A DNA stretch of 64,000 bases, from assembly GCA_016187565.1 (NCBI GenBank), contig JACPJR010000026.1, positions 44,232 through 108,231 on the forward strand. The letters run 5' to 3'. The stretch is from Candidatus Woesearchaeota archaeon (lineage in GTDB: Archaea; Nanobdellota; Nanobdellia; Woesearchaeales; JACPJR01). Positions 9,560 to 19,367 of this stretch are shown piece by piece (position 1 is the stretch's first letter; each line of letters starts with the position of its first letter). Position numbers and translations under genes: made by a program. Under the pieces are notes generated by a model. The model did no database searches. It saw only the letters and a list, made by a program, of their open reading frames with translations, and had not been told where the DNA came from.

Positions 9560-9754
9560 TTAATCTAAAATCTCTAAAATTCTTGCTTTAATTTTTGACT
9601 TTCCACCAGTTGAATCGACTAATCCCTTGCCACAGACAAGACATGCTACCTTTGTGCTTACCTTTCCAAAGGTGATCTGTTCATTCTTGCATTTAGGACA
9701 ACGAACTTTGATGAACTTTGAGACGGGTTCTTTTACTGTTGCCATAGTGATCAC
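9560..9754 (-). CDS. rps27e: 30S ribosomal protein S27e
   Basis: FIKVRCPKCKNEQITFGKVSTKVACLVCGKGL C4 zinc finger typical of S27e. Confidence 0.85.
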   Translation of the reverse strand: MITMATVKEPVSKFIKVRCPKCKNEQITFGKVSTKVACLVCGKGLVDSTGGKSKIKARILEILD

Positions 9755-9790
9755 GTGTTTTTTCTTTCTGATATACTTCTCATGTACTTA

Positions 9791-10099
9791 TTAAATCAGT
9801 TCTACCCTTTTTGCTCGTAGACCCATACGCTGGACATGAATTTTTTTACAAACAGCGCATTGATAACGAAGATCAGTCTTTTTCGTAACTTTTTTTCCTG
9901 TACGCTTGAATTTCGTGACTGCGGGTTTAGAATATCTTCCTAGATTTCCAAATCCACGAGCTTTTCCTCTTTTTCGTGCACGAAATTTTGAACCATAGGT
10001 TAAGGAACTTGCTGCTCTTTTTTTGTTCTGAAATACCTTGTGTTCAGTATGTTTCTTACAATAAGGACATAATCGTTGTATTGTTTTTGGAATCTTCAT
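9791..10099 (-). CDS. rpl44e: 50S ribosomal protein L44e (eL42)
   Basis: MKIPKTIQRLCPYCKKHTEHKV...CAVCKK zinc ribbon and Lys/Arg-rich segment KRGKARGFG. Start set to the internal ATG at 10097-10099; the longer ORF adds an unlikely 20-aa leader. Confidence 0.8.
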   Translation of the reverse strand: MKIPKTIQRLCPYCKKHTEHKVFQNKKRAASSLTYGSKFRARKRGKARGFGNLGRYSKPAVTKFKRTGKKVTKKTDLRYQCAVCKKIHVQRMGLRAKRVELI

Positions 10100-10165
10100 T
10101 GTAGAGTACTCTTTTTGTGGTGCATATCTCCACAAAGGAACAGATGAGGGGTTATTCACTTATAT

Positions 10166-10921
10166 TTAAAGGTTTGGCTTATTTTCCTCTGGTTCTAGCT
10201 CCTTTTCTTCTGGCTCATATTTTCCCTTCTCTCCTTCTTCGTGTATCTCTTCTGCACGTCCTTTCTTCACTAAAAGGTCTGCTATCCTCGTTGGAAGATT
10301 GGCAATGTCTTCCTGCAAGAATGGTCCAAAAATTTCTAACTCAGGACCGACAAATTGAGGAACGCCATGTAAAAAGCGTACCATTTTTGTTGAGGATGGT
10401 ACCGGCAAGGCTTCTTGTCTCTCAGCGTCTTTTTTTTCAGGAAAAAATGTTTGATGGAGCGAAGGAAATGAAGGAAAAATGCTTGCTTCTGGCATTTGAA
10501 CCCCTTGAAGGAGGGGGAGTAGCATCTGGTAGCGCGATGCTTTAAGCAGAGCAATTAACTGATCACAAAGTCTTTTTTCTTGAGGTAATAGCGCTGCCAT
10601 TTCCTGGGGAACATAATCAATTCGGGAAGCATCAATCGCAAGCTGGACAATTTTTTTCTCTCGACGATCATAAAGGTCTTTTAAAATCTGTTTAATATTT
10701 TCAAGTTGTCCCTCGGTCTTTCTGGCTTCCTCTTGCGAAAACGGGTTATTAGGATCTACTGTAGAAGAAATAGATTTCTTTTGGGCAATGTAGTTAGCAA
10801 CATCCTCAGAAAAATTGCTCTCGAGCTTTTGAAGCTCAAGACGATTTTTTTCTCGACGTGACAGCTCAAATAATGTCTCATAGGTAATTCTCACTTCTAT
10901 TTCTTTATGCTGCTGTTCCAT
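10166..10921 (-). CDS. Hypothetical protein, possible GINS (Gins51/Sld5-like) subunit
   Basis: N-terminal ITYETLFELSRREKNRLELQKLESNF resembles the GINS A-domain. Acidic C-terminal tail. Weak assignment from motif recall only. Confidence 0.4.
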   Translation of the reverse strand: MEQQHKEIEVRITYETLFELSRREKNRLELQKLESNFSEDVANYIAQKKSISSTVDPNNPFSQEEARKTEGQLENIKQILKDLYDRREKKIVQLAIDASRIDYVPQEMAALLPQEKRLCDQLIALLKASRYQMLLPLLQGVQMPEASIFPSFPSLHQTFFPEKKDAERQEALPVPSSTKMVRFLHGVPQFVGPELEIFGPFLQEDIANLPTRIADLLVKKGRAEEIHEEGEKGKYEPEEKELEPEENKPNL

Positions 10922-11055
10922 TTTCCCCTAACTTCATCCCCTCACCTCATAAATCGATACGCCTATATAAATATTGTTAAGCACGGCTATAGAGAATGAG
11001 TTATCAACCAATGCAAACAACAAAATTTAAATAGATCACTGCTTGGATCCTTCGT

Positions 11056-12285
11056 ATGGCCCTTACTCTTGATCTTACTCCCTCAATTCTTAAACGCGTA
11101 CCCTCTTCCCTCCAAAAAAAGCTCAACGAAATACAAACCAAACCACTTCCTGCATTTGTTACCCATGAGCCAGACATTTATGGGATACGTGCTTTTGTCC
11201 AGCCATACCATGATTACCAAACACTTCTCTTACTTGGAAATGGTGGTTCTATTAACAATTTCATCGCACTCTATGAGGCATTAACTGCATGGCATAATAA
11301 TGGTAAACAAGTCATTATTGTCAATACCAATGAACCAGAATTTATTACGAAGATAAAAAAGCGATTCTCAAACAAAGATTCTTTAGTGATGATGATCAGT
11401 AAATCTGGCGAAAACCTTGTACCGTTAGAAGCCTTATTCGCATTCCAGGACTATCATTGGGTTGGAGTCACTCAAGAAAAGAGTACGGTTGCGCAACTTG
11501 CAAAGCATTCTGGAGTACCGGTCTATATCCATCCTGATGTTGGTGGCCGTTATGCAGGGAGAACATCATGTAGTTTTGTGCCTTTAGCTTTTTTCAATCT
11601 TGATATTGAGCAAATTAATGAAGGTGCCCTTGCACTGTACAAAAAAAGTCATCCTTCAGTGCCTCTTACAGAGAATAAGGCCCTCCAGTTAAGCCTTTAC
11701 CTTCTCATGCTTGAGGAACAGGGATATGGTGAGGTCTTTATGTCTTTCTACACGACTGCACTCACCGGGTTTCTCCCGTTAATTGTGCAGCTGATGCATG
11801 AAAGTGTCGCTAAACAGGAAAAGGGTCAAACTTTTTTTGGAGGCCTAGCTCCGGAAACGCATCATCATACGAATCAACGTTTTTTTGGAGGACCAAAGAA
11901 TGTTGTTGGTTTGTTTGTGCGAGTTGCACGTCATCAGCATCTTACTCTCACAGTACCACAACATCTCCGAAAACTTCCCTTTCGCAAAGGCACGCTTGGT
12001 GACCTCCATCATTTAGAACTTGGAGCTGCCCTTCTCTATGAGTATGAAGGGACACGACAACATGCCCTTAAGAAGAAAATCCCGCATGCAGTACTAACAC
12101 TTGATGCTGTTACTCCCTACACCGTTGGAGAACTTCTTGCGTTTTTCCAGTATGTTGCTGTCTATAGTTCTTGGTTGCGAGATGTTAATCCCTTTGACCA
12201 ACCTGAGGTTGAATTTGCAAAATCAGTAAGCTTTCGCTTGATTCAACATGCTGCACAGGAGAAATCACTTCCTCAGAAGCAGTAG
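11056..12285 (+). CDS. pgi: Glucose-6-phosphate isomerase (SIS-domain PGI family)
   Basis: SIS motif MMISKSGENLVPLE and overall ~400-aa PGI-like layout. Confidence 0.6.
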   Translation: MALTLDLTPSILKRVPSSLQKKLNEIQTKPLPAFVTHEPDIYGIRAFVQPYHDYQTLLLLGNGGSINNFIALYEALTAWHNNGKQVIIVNTNEPEFITKIKKRFSNKDSLVMMISKSGENLVPLEALFAFQDYHWVGVTQEKSTVAQLAKHSGVPVYIHPDVGGRYAGRTSCSFVPLAFFNLDIEQINEGALALYKKSHPSVPLTENKALQLSLYLLMLEEQGYGEVFMSFYTTALTGFLPLIVQLMHESVAKQEKGQTFFGGLAPETHHHTNQRFFGGPKNVVGLFVRVARHQHLTLTVPQHLRKLPFRKGTLGDLHHLELGAALLYEYEGTRQHALKKKIPHAVLTLDAVTPYTVGELLAFFQYVAVYSSWLRDVNPFDQPEVEFAKSVSFRLIQHAAQEKSLPQKQ

Positions 12286-12341
12286 TCGTTGAAAAAACAT
12301 AAAATCTAAAAATAAGAAAAGATATTCGAGAAAATAGAACT

Positions 12342-13538
12342 ATGCCTCCTGAGATACTTATCCTTGAACCCCGATTGGTTAAAAAGATATGGGGAATTAC
12401 GCAGAGCGAGCAATTTACCCATATTAAGGCACCGGCATATACTTCTATTGGCGAGGTCTATCTTGCCTCGGCCCAAACAACCCTTCCAGAAAAAGGGCAA
12501 GAAGGGACAATAGGAAATCGAGTTATGAATGTCGCTGATGGAACAAGGACATTACACGACATTTTTGGAACAAATCCGCAACAATTTCTCGGTAGAAGTT
12601 TCTCTTCATTTGGTACCTTACGCGGAAAAACAGAGGCATGGTACATCCGAGCGGTGCGTGGAGAAGTAAGAGCTATTACTGGTTTACAGAAGCAGGTAAC
12701 GAAAGAGATGTTTGCAAAGATCATTGCTTCTGGTGTTCTTGAAGATAAAAACACCATGGAATCATTAGTACCAAGAATATTTACTACCTCAAAACTTGAG
12801 CCGGGACAAGTCTATATTAACAAAGCGAGAGGTCTCCATACACTTTGGCCCGTGACTCCTAATGCATTTGTTGTCATTGATGAAATTCAACAAGGATTTG
12901 GTACTAATCTCTTACCAACCCTTTCTAAAATTCTGCTGGTTCATGATATTTTATCATTACAGGTTCATCCTGATGACCTGTTAGTGCAACAAGAACAAGA
13001 TCCCTTTATGAAGCAGCAGTACCTTGCTGAGCCGACCTTGCGTATTGCTGACTTTGGAAGAGGAAGGTCTTGTCATACGACAAAAGCATTGGAAGTTCTT
13101 CTCTTTGGAAAAATAACATGCTCACTCACGAAGCCCTTACGAAGAAAAATTATCAGCGGTGTGGAAAGGGTTCATCTTGTTGCCAATCGATATTTTGCAA
13201 AAGATCTCCTAACCATAACCAAGCAAGCTATGATTCGTCTGAGCACTGAGCAACGGTACATTATCTACCATGTACTTACAGGGAAAGTAAGTTTTCATTA
13301 TAATCAAAAACATTGTAATCTTGAAGCAGGTCAAACGGTTTTTGTCCCTCCGCATATTCATTCCTATGCCATCAATGCCCATGAAGATACAACACTTCTT
13401 GGGGATTATGTGCCAGATCTTTTACAGCTTAAAGAGACATTACAACAGGAACGATTTGCTCTAGAAGATATCCGTCAGTTAGATGGCACTTGTTATCAAA
13501 ACGATTTTGACAATCTCAATTATAGCAAAGGACACTAA
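12342..13538 (+). CDS. manA: Mannose-6-phosphate isomerase, class I (cupin)
   Basis: Signature LSLQVHPDD (type I PMI zinc-binding block) and downstream HxH cupin region. Confidence 0.6.
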   Translation: MPPEILILEPRLVKKIWGITQSEQFTHIKAPAYTSIGEVYLASAQTTLPEKGQEGTIGNRVMNVADGTRTLHDIFGTNPQQFLGRSFSSFGTLRGKTEAWYIRAVRGEVRAITGLQKQVTKEMFAKIIASGVLEDKNTMESLVPRIFTTSKLEPGQVYINKARGLHTLWPVTPNAFVVIDEIQQGFGTNLLPTLSKILLVHDILSLQVHPDDLLVQQEQDPFMKQQYLAEPTLRIADFGRGRSCHTTKALEVLLFGKITCSLTKPLRRKIISGVERVHLVANRYFAKDLLTITKQAMIRLSTEQRYIIYHVLTGKVSFHYNQKHCNLEAGQTVFVPPHIHSYAINAHEDTTLLGDYVPDLLQLKETLQQERFALEDIRQLDGTCYQNDFDNLNYSKGH

Positions 13539-13654
13539 TAACCGTAACTTTATGTCCTTTGCTTATTAGGAAAAGACATACAAATTATTACGAAATTTAA
13601 TGTTTTTTCCTATAATTCGCTCTCAACTCCTTTTTGGAGACGTTGTTCTCAAAC

Positions 13655-15442
13655 CTATTCTTTCAAAAGCTTTGATTTTGCGATCTTTAATTTTTTCACG
13701 AATCCAGATTGATATTTCTTACTTAACTGTGTGAGGTTGGATTCGTGTTTTTTGGTAAACCCATAAATGAGGCGCGAAGATCGGAAAGCATAGATAAGGA
13801 TAAGGGTGAGGATAAATACCTCTATAAGATAGGCAAATTCTGGTGTTATAAAAGCAAAGGTGCTTGGGGACACAATCAATATAAAAAACAATAAGAGAAG
13901 TATGATAACATGGTTGAATATTTTCTTCTCGCTCGATGCTTCTTGGGGATAAAGCTTGGTACAGCATTGTAATGTACGCCTTAATACATTTTTGGTACTT
14001 CGCACGACACGCAGTGTGGGAAATGAAGAGAGAAATAAGAAGAAAAGAAGCACCACTGCAAGCACGTACTGGCTTCCGATGATGGATGCGATAACCTCTC
14101 GGAAATATCGCCAAACAAAAACCCCTACAGCAGCAATGATGGTAATGGCAGTGATGTTATTAATTATTGCCTTTAAGTCCAGATCTATTTGTTTCATACT
14201 TATGGTATCCCTTATCATGGTTAGGGAGATACTACTAATAAACTTTGAAATAAGGGTCATGTTCTCCTGTACTGCTCGAGGGATTGACCGAGTAGTGAGG
14301 GTATGTATTTTTTCAACATGATTTATCAAGAGCGACATACTTATTGAAGAGAGAAAAATAATTGCAGCAGTTATGCTCACTAAATCTATACCTGACACTA
14401 CGGATGTAGACTCTTTTGCAATTAACAGCGAAAATTCTCCAACAGATATCATAGCTAATCCGCTGAATACTGCTTGCCTACCGCTAACGTTTGCAAATAA
14501 ATAGCTCCCCAGTCCGACACCGATATATTTTGCGACTATATTAATTATTAGAAGAACAAGGACAAGCAATAAGCTGGTCAATATCACTGAAAAGTTTACT
14601 ATCGTCCCTATCGAAAAGAAAAAAAGCGAGGTAAAAGTAAGAATAAAGGGGTGTATTGTTCTCTCAAACTGTTTCGCATTAGGAAGTGAAGAAACAATGT
14701 TTCCGGCTAAAAATGCACCAACTGACGGAGAGAGATGAAAGAGGAGCGCCAGGTAGCTCATTCCTCCACACAAACCGAGAGAAATAAAGGTCGATGTTTC
14801 TTCAGTACTATACTTGCTCAGCCAATGGATAACCCGTCGTAGTATTCGTTGGAGGATAACATACGTTATCGCCATTAATGTGAGTGAAACAAGCAATCGA
14901 GTGGCAATGATGGGAATGGTTAAGTCTTCTCCATTGAGACTTGAAAAAAAGGTCAATGCAAAGACACCAAAGATATCTTCAATGATTAAGACGGTTATAA
15001 GCAATGGTACTTCTTCTCTTTTCGCCATCCCTTTTTGTTCAAGAACTTTCATGAAAACAACGGTGCTTGTTATCGATAGAATAACGCCAACAAAAAGTGA
15101 CGTCATAAGGTCAAGCCCCATAACTTGGGCTGCTGAGTAAGAGAGAAAGAAAACCATCCCGAGTTTCATGATGGCAACGATTACTGCTCTTGTGCCGAGA
15201 TTAAACAGATGTGCAAGACTAAATTCTATACCTAAGGTAAAAAGAAGCAAGATAGCACCGATCTGAATCGAAGCCTCAATCAAGAAATCATCTTGTACGA
15301 GGCCGAGCATATGTTGTCCTGTAATTGCACCGATTAAGAGCAAACCTAAAACCGTCGGTTGCTTAAACCTCACGGCAAGAACTCCCCCTATAATGGAAAA
15401 GAGAAAGATCAATCCTAGTTCTGTCAGGAAGGCCATAGTCAT
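13655..15442 (-). CDS. Cation:proton antiporter (CPA2 / Na+-H+ exchanger family)
   Basis: 595 aa, ~12 TM helices, Na_H exchanger-like glycine-rich TM segments. Confidence 0.7.
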   Translation of the reverse strand: MTMAFLTELGLIFLFSIIGGVLAVRFKQPTVLGLLLIGAITGQHMLGLVQDDFLIEASIQIGAILLLFTLGIEFSLAHLFNLGTRAVIVAIMKLGMVFFLSYSAAQVMGLDLMTSLFVGVILSITSTVVFMKVLEQKGMAKREEVPLLITVLIIEDIFGVFALTFFSSLNGEDLTIPIIATRLLVSLTLMAITYVILQRILRRVIHWLSKYSTEETSTFISLGLCGGMSYLALLFHLSPSVGAFLAGNIVSSLPNAKQFERTIHPFILTFTSLFFFSIGTIVNFSVILTSLLLVLVLLIINIVAKYIGVGLGSYLFANVSGRQAVFSGLAMISVGEFSLLIAKESTSVVSGIDLVSITAAIIFLSSISMSLLINHVEKIHTLTTRSIPRAVQENMTLISKFISSISLTMIRDTISMKQIDLDLKAIINNITAITIIAAVGVFVWRYFREVIASIIGSQYVLAVVLLFFLFLSSFPTLRVVRSTKNVLRRTLQCCTKLYPQEASSEKKIFNHVIILLLLFFILIVSPSTFAFITPEFAYLIEVFILTLILIYAFRSSRLIYGFTKKHESNLTQLSKKYQSGFVKKLKIAKSKLLKE

Positions 15443-15555
15443 CCCTCAGAAATGAGAAGTATAAAAATCTGTTGCTTCAATCTCAGATGTTTCTAGGAAA
15501 CAAGAACTTACCTTGATGCTAAAGTATTAAATACTCCATTGTTTTGCGTGTTCTG

Positions 15556-16632
15556 ATGAACTTCCAAACGCTCATAACCATAGCGTCCTATCAGACCTAT
15601 TTGGATGTTGCATTTCGTGATGGCCGAGAGGCAGCAACACGGGAACGTGCACGTACGAGACATCTCCAAAAGAGCAGAAAATACAAAGAGATTGGTTCGC
15701 TAGCAATCAAACTTATTAAAGAAAAAAAACGTGAGACTGCACGATTAAAGGCGATGCACAAGACCTTACGAAGCCAATTAGGAGCTATCCTTCGTGCCTA
15801 CCCTTCGATCGATAATTTACCTCCGTTTTACCATGAACTTGTTAAAATTACGCTGAACTATACCCAGCTTAAGAAATCCTTAGCAAACATTCAATGGGTA
15901 ATAGCGAAGCTGGACGAGCTTGCAAAATATTATCTTGATGTCATGAAAAATGCGCGAAACAAAGAACGAGTAGAGCGCTATCAGCGAGCTTTTTATGGCA
16001 GGGTTTCTTCACTTCTCCAACAGATAGACGCTTCGTTGCAGTGTCTCGAGACTGCGCGTAAAACTATGAGGAAATTTCCCACACTAAAGACCGAAAAATA
16101 CACGGTTACTCTCTGCGGTTTTCCAAACGTGGGTAAAACAACCATTCTCACTTTGTTGACCAAAGCGGATCCAGATATCCAAAGCTATCCCTTTACCACA
16201 AAATCCTTAAACATTGGATATAGAAACATCAACAATCATTCTGTTCAGGTTATTGATACACCTGGAGCGTTGGATAGGCCCTTCACGATTATGAACGCTA
16301 TTGAAAAACAGGCTGTTCTTGCCCTTACCTATGCAACCCATGATGCTCTTTTTGTTATTGATCCTACGGAAACCTGCGGCTATGCTTTGGAAAAACAGTT
16401 AAGTCTTTACACGAACTTTCGAGCACAATTCTCTCATTTGAATTTTCTTTTAGTCGTTAATAAGAGCGATTTGATCACTCCGCAACTCACGCACCAATTG
16501 CAGCAGGACTTACCAAAGGATGTTCATGTATTATCGATGAGCGGAAAAACCGGTGAGGGCATACCAGCAATCATTGCTTATCTTACTGAACGAGTTAATG
16601 ATTTTCATCAAACAAACGTTACTAACGTTTGA
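15556..16632 (+). CDS. Nog1-family GTP-binding protein
   Basis: N-terminal Nog1 domain followed by G1 GFPNVGKTT, G3 DTPG, G4 NKSD. Start set to the internal Met (MNFQTL) typical of archaeal Nog1. Confidence 0.75.
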   Translation: MNFQTLITIASYQTYLDVAFRDGREAATRERARTRHLQKSRKYKEIGSLAIKLIKEKKRETARLKAMHKTLRSQLGAILRAYPSIDNLPPFYHELVKITLNYTQLKKSLANIQWVIAKLDELAKYYLDVMKNARNKERVERYQRAFYGRVSSLLQQIDASLQCLETARKTMRKFPTLKTEKYTVTLCGFPNVGKTTILTLLTKADPDIQSYPFTTKSLNIGYRNINNHSVQVIDTPGALDRPFTIMNAIEKQAVLALTYATHDALFVIDPTETCGYALEKQLSLYTNFRAQFSHLNFLLVVNKSDLITPQLTHQLQQDLPKDVHVLSMSGKTGEGIPAIIAYLTERVNDFHQTNVTNV

Positions 16633-16649
16633 TCAAAAGGTGTAACAAA

Positions 16650-16835
16650 TGTTGCACGTCGCGGCCTGCCTGTTGGTAGGATAGCCGCGTCAATAGCAGT
16701 GTGCTTCCTTGCGTGTGAACTGAGCGTATATACTTGTGGCGCTGACGAAGTGGGGGTTGGCCCCTCCGGGGTGCTTCGTAGGGTTGTGAACAACGTGAAC
16801 AATCCGTCAGCCGCCATCGACGTGGCGTGTCTTTT
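16650..16835. ncRNA. GC-rich putative structured ncRNA of unknown class
   Basis: ~185-nt GC-rich island in an AT-rich intergenic region between nog1 and gatE. The ends can pair (CACGTCGCGGC with GCCGC...GACGTG) and internal GGGG/CCCC hairpins are present. It lacks RNase P P4 motifs. There is a weak resemblance on the minus strand to SRP RNA helix 8 (AAGGAAGCAC). Confidence 0.3.
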
Positions 16836-16911
16836 AGGATTCGGATGTTCAGTTAAACACTTGACTTAAAAAAGAAAGATTTTTTAAAGAAGTGTGTTAC
16901 CCTTCTCTGGT

Positions 16912-18765
16912 ATGGAGATTGACTACGAAAAAATGGGTTTACGATGCGGTCTTGAAATTCATCAGCAGTTAAACACGCACAAGTTATTCTGTACCTGTCC
17001 TTCTCAACTCCGTGATGATCCTCCTGATGTTATTGTCAAACGAAAACTCAGAGCATCTGCAGGAGAAACCGGAAGCATTGATATTGCAGCCCAGCATGAA
17101 ATGGCAAAGCAGAAAACCATTGTCTATGAAGGATATACCGATACGACTTGTCTTGTTGAGTTTGATGAAGAGCCCCCTCAACCGATGAATACTGAGGCAT
17201 TGGCTATTGCACTTCAGGTTGCTTCTCTTCTCCATGCTATGGTTGTTGATCAAATACAAGTGATGCGGAAGATTGTTGTTGATGGCAGTAACACTACTGG
17301 ATTTCAACGTACAGCACTTATTGCGCTTAATGGCACGCTTCAGGCTCCTCATGGCAAGGTTGCTATTCCTACTATTTGCATCGAAGAGGAATCAGCCAAG
17401 ATTATTCAGCAGGATGCAAGTACGGTTATCTATCGTCTTGATCGTTTAGGGATTCCGCTTATCGAGATTGCAACTGATCCCAGTATTACTTCACCCCTCC
17501 AGGCACGAGAAGTTGCTGAAGAACTGGGCATGATCTTGAGAAGCACTGGAAAGGTACGGCGTGGCTTAGGAACCATACGGCAAGATCTCAACATCTCTAT
17601 TCGTGATGGTGCTCGTGTTGAGATTAAAGGAGCACAGAACTTGAAGCTATTGCCTATGCTTGTGGAATATGAATGCATTCGTCAACGTAATCTTCTTGAG
17701 CTCAAGCAGGCGTTGCATGCCACCAAGATAATGAGAGAAGCACAAAAAACAATAGCCTCCGCTACTATCTATGACCTTACCCCTCTCTTGCAGCATTCAT
17801 CAAGTAACGTCATTCAGTCAGCACTCCACTCAAAGGGTGGTGTTTATGGATTACCGCTTAGAGGATTTAAAGGAAACCTGGGAAAGGAGCTGCAACCAGG
17901 ACGGAGATTAGGAACAGAGCTTGCTGATTATGCTCGAGTTCACAGCGGTGTTAAGGGATTGTTCCATGCCGATGAACTTCCTGGCTATGGTATTACACCA
18001 GAAGAAGTTACTCTGCTCCGCAAAAAACTTTCCTGTGCAGCTAATGATGGCTTCATTCTCATTGCAGATCAGCATGACCGTGCACAAGGTGCACTTGACA
18101 TTGTCCGTAATCGTATTATCAAATGTTTTGAGGGCATTCCCCAAGAAGTCAGGCGAGCAAATGAGGATGGAACCTCTACCTATCTGAGACCTATGCCAGG
18201 TTCTGCTCGACTATATCCAGAGACTGATGTTCAACCCTTTATACCACAAGTAACTTCTCTTGAGCTTCCTGAACTGATTCGAGACAAAATCCAGCGTTAT
18301 GTCATTACGTATAAGATTAGTAATGATAGTGCCGACCAGATGGCAAAGCGGGGTATTCAGTTTGATGCGTATGTCTCCCGATTTTCCCATATCAAACCAC
18401 AACTCATTGCTGAGGTCTTTACCAGTTATCCCAAAGAGATAAAAACACGGTATGCAGTTACCTTTAATCCCTTTGACCAGTTATCATTAGTAGAAGATTT
18501 GTTTGTTCGTCTTGATAAGGGTGAGCTTGAGAAAGAAGCACTCTTTGAGATTCTCGTCCAGATTGCACAGGGAAAGCAGGTAGTGTATGAACAGTACAAG
18601 CCACTTTCGCGTAAGGAGCTAGAACAGGAAATAGGTAAGATTATTACAGCACATCCTCAAGGCCAGTTTAATGTTTTGATGGGAAAGATTATGGCTAAAT
18701 ATCGTGGCAAGGTCGATGGCAAGGAAGTGGCGGCATTCCTCAAGCAAAAGGGAATAGTGCCATAG
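16912..18765 (+). CDS. gatE: Glutamyl-tRNA(Gln) amidotransferase subunit E
   Basis: MEIDYEKMGLRCGLEIHQQL...KLFCTC N-terminus is diagnostic of archaeal GatE, with a GatB/YqeY-like C-terminal domain; ~618 aa. Confidence 0.85.
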   Translation: MEIDYEKMGLRCGLEIHQQLNTHKLFCTCPSQLRDDPPDVIVKRKLRASAGETGSIDIAAQHEMAKQKTIVYEGYTDTTCLVEFDEEPPQPMNTEALAIALQVASLLHAMVVDQIQVMRKIVVDGSNTTGFQRTALIALNGTLQAPHGKVAIPTICIEEESAKIIQQDASTVIYRLDRLGIPLIEIATDPSITSPLQAREVAEELGMILRSTGKVRRGLGTIRQDLNISIRDGARVEIKGAQNLKLLPMLVEYECIRQRNLLELKQALHATKIMREAQKTIASATIYDLTPLLQHSSSNVIQSALHSKGGVYGLPLRGFKGNLGKELQPGRRLGTELADYARVHSGVKGLFHADELPGYGITPEEVTLLRKKLSCAANDGFILIADQHDRAQGALDIVRNRIIKCFEGIPQEVRRANEDGTSTYLRPMPGSARLYPETDVQPFIPQVTSLELPELIRDKIQRYVITYKISNDSADQMAKRGIQFDAYVSRFSHIKPQLIAEVFTSYPKEIKTRYAVTFNPFDQLSLVEDLFVRLDKGELEKEALFEILVQIAQGKQVVYEQYKPLSRKELEQEIGKIITAHPQGQFNVLMGKIMAKYRGKVDGKEVAAFLKQKGIVP

Positions 18766-18895
18766 GTTTACTGTTTAAGTTTTACTGATTGTATTGACTA
18801 TTTCTGAGAAACTCGACTATTACAAAACATTTATATACTATTGACATTCTCCAGACAATACTAATAATATCACTATACGAGGGGTGACTTGTTAT

Positions 18896-19120
18896 ATGGA
18901 AATGTCGCGACCATTGGATGCATTAAATCATGCACGGAATAAGCGTGTCATGGTTGAGCTCAAAAACGGTAAACAATTCATAGGAAATCTCTATGCCTTT
19001 GATATTCACATCAACATTGTGCTGGAAGAGGGTGAAGAGCATATTGATGGGCAGCTGAAACGAAAACTAGGAAAAGTGTTTATTCGTGGAGATACCATCA
19101 TCTTGATCTCACCGGCGTAA
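18896..19120 (+). CDS. Sm-like archaeal protein (SmAP/LSm)
   Basis: Sm1/Sm2 motifs: VMVELKNGKQFIGNLYAFDIHINIVLEE ... KVFIRGDTIILI. Upstream TATA-like ttatatac and GAGGGGTGA before the ATG. Confidence 0.8.
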   Translation: MEMSRPLDALNHARNKRVMVELKNGKQFIGNLYAFDIHINIVLEEGEEHIDGQLKRKLGKVFIRGDTIILISPA

Positions 19121-19151
19121 TTCTACAGTAATGCTGCTATGAGGGATCGTC

Positions 19152-19316
19152 ATGGGAAAAGGAACACCTGCACGGGGAAAACATAACAAAACTGCGCCAC
19201 ACATGATGTGTCGACGCTGTGGAAAGCATTCGTATCATCGGACGAAAAAGGTATGCGCATCCTGTGGCTATGGACTTTCTAGCAAACGAAGATCGTATGT
19301 CTGGCAAACACGGTAA
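19152..19316 (+). CDS. rpl37e: 50S ribosomal protein L37e
   Basis: Not in the ORF track (54 aa). Manual translation gives [54 protein letters not shown], a C4 zinc ribbon. Classic Sm-L37e gene pair. Confidence 0.85.
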   Translation: MGKGTPARGKHNKTAPHMMCRRCGKHSYHRTKKVCASCGYGLSSKRRSYVWQTR

Positions 19317-19367
19317 GTCATTTTCTCGTCTGTATCTTCTGTCCTATTCTCTCTTTTCAATGCGATA

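Noticed and set aside
16608-16817. 69-aa minus-strand ORF in the GC-rich island
   Set aside because: Pro/Thr/Ala-rich translation typical of GC-rich non-coding sequence. The region is better explained as structured RNA.
16650-16835. RNase P RNA hypothesis for the GC-rich element
   Set aside because: Conserved P4/CR-I sequences (AGGAAAGUCC..., ACAGNAA) are absent, and the length is below even minimal archaeal RNase P RNAs.
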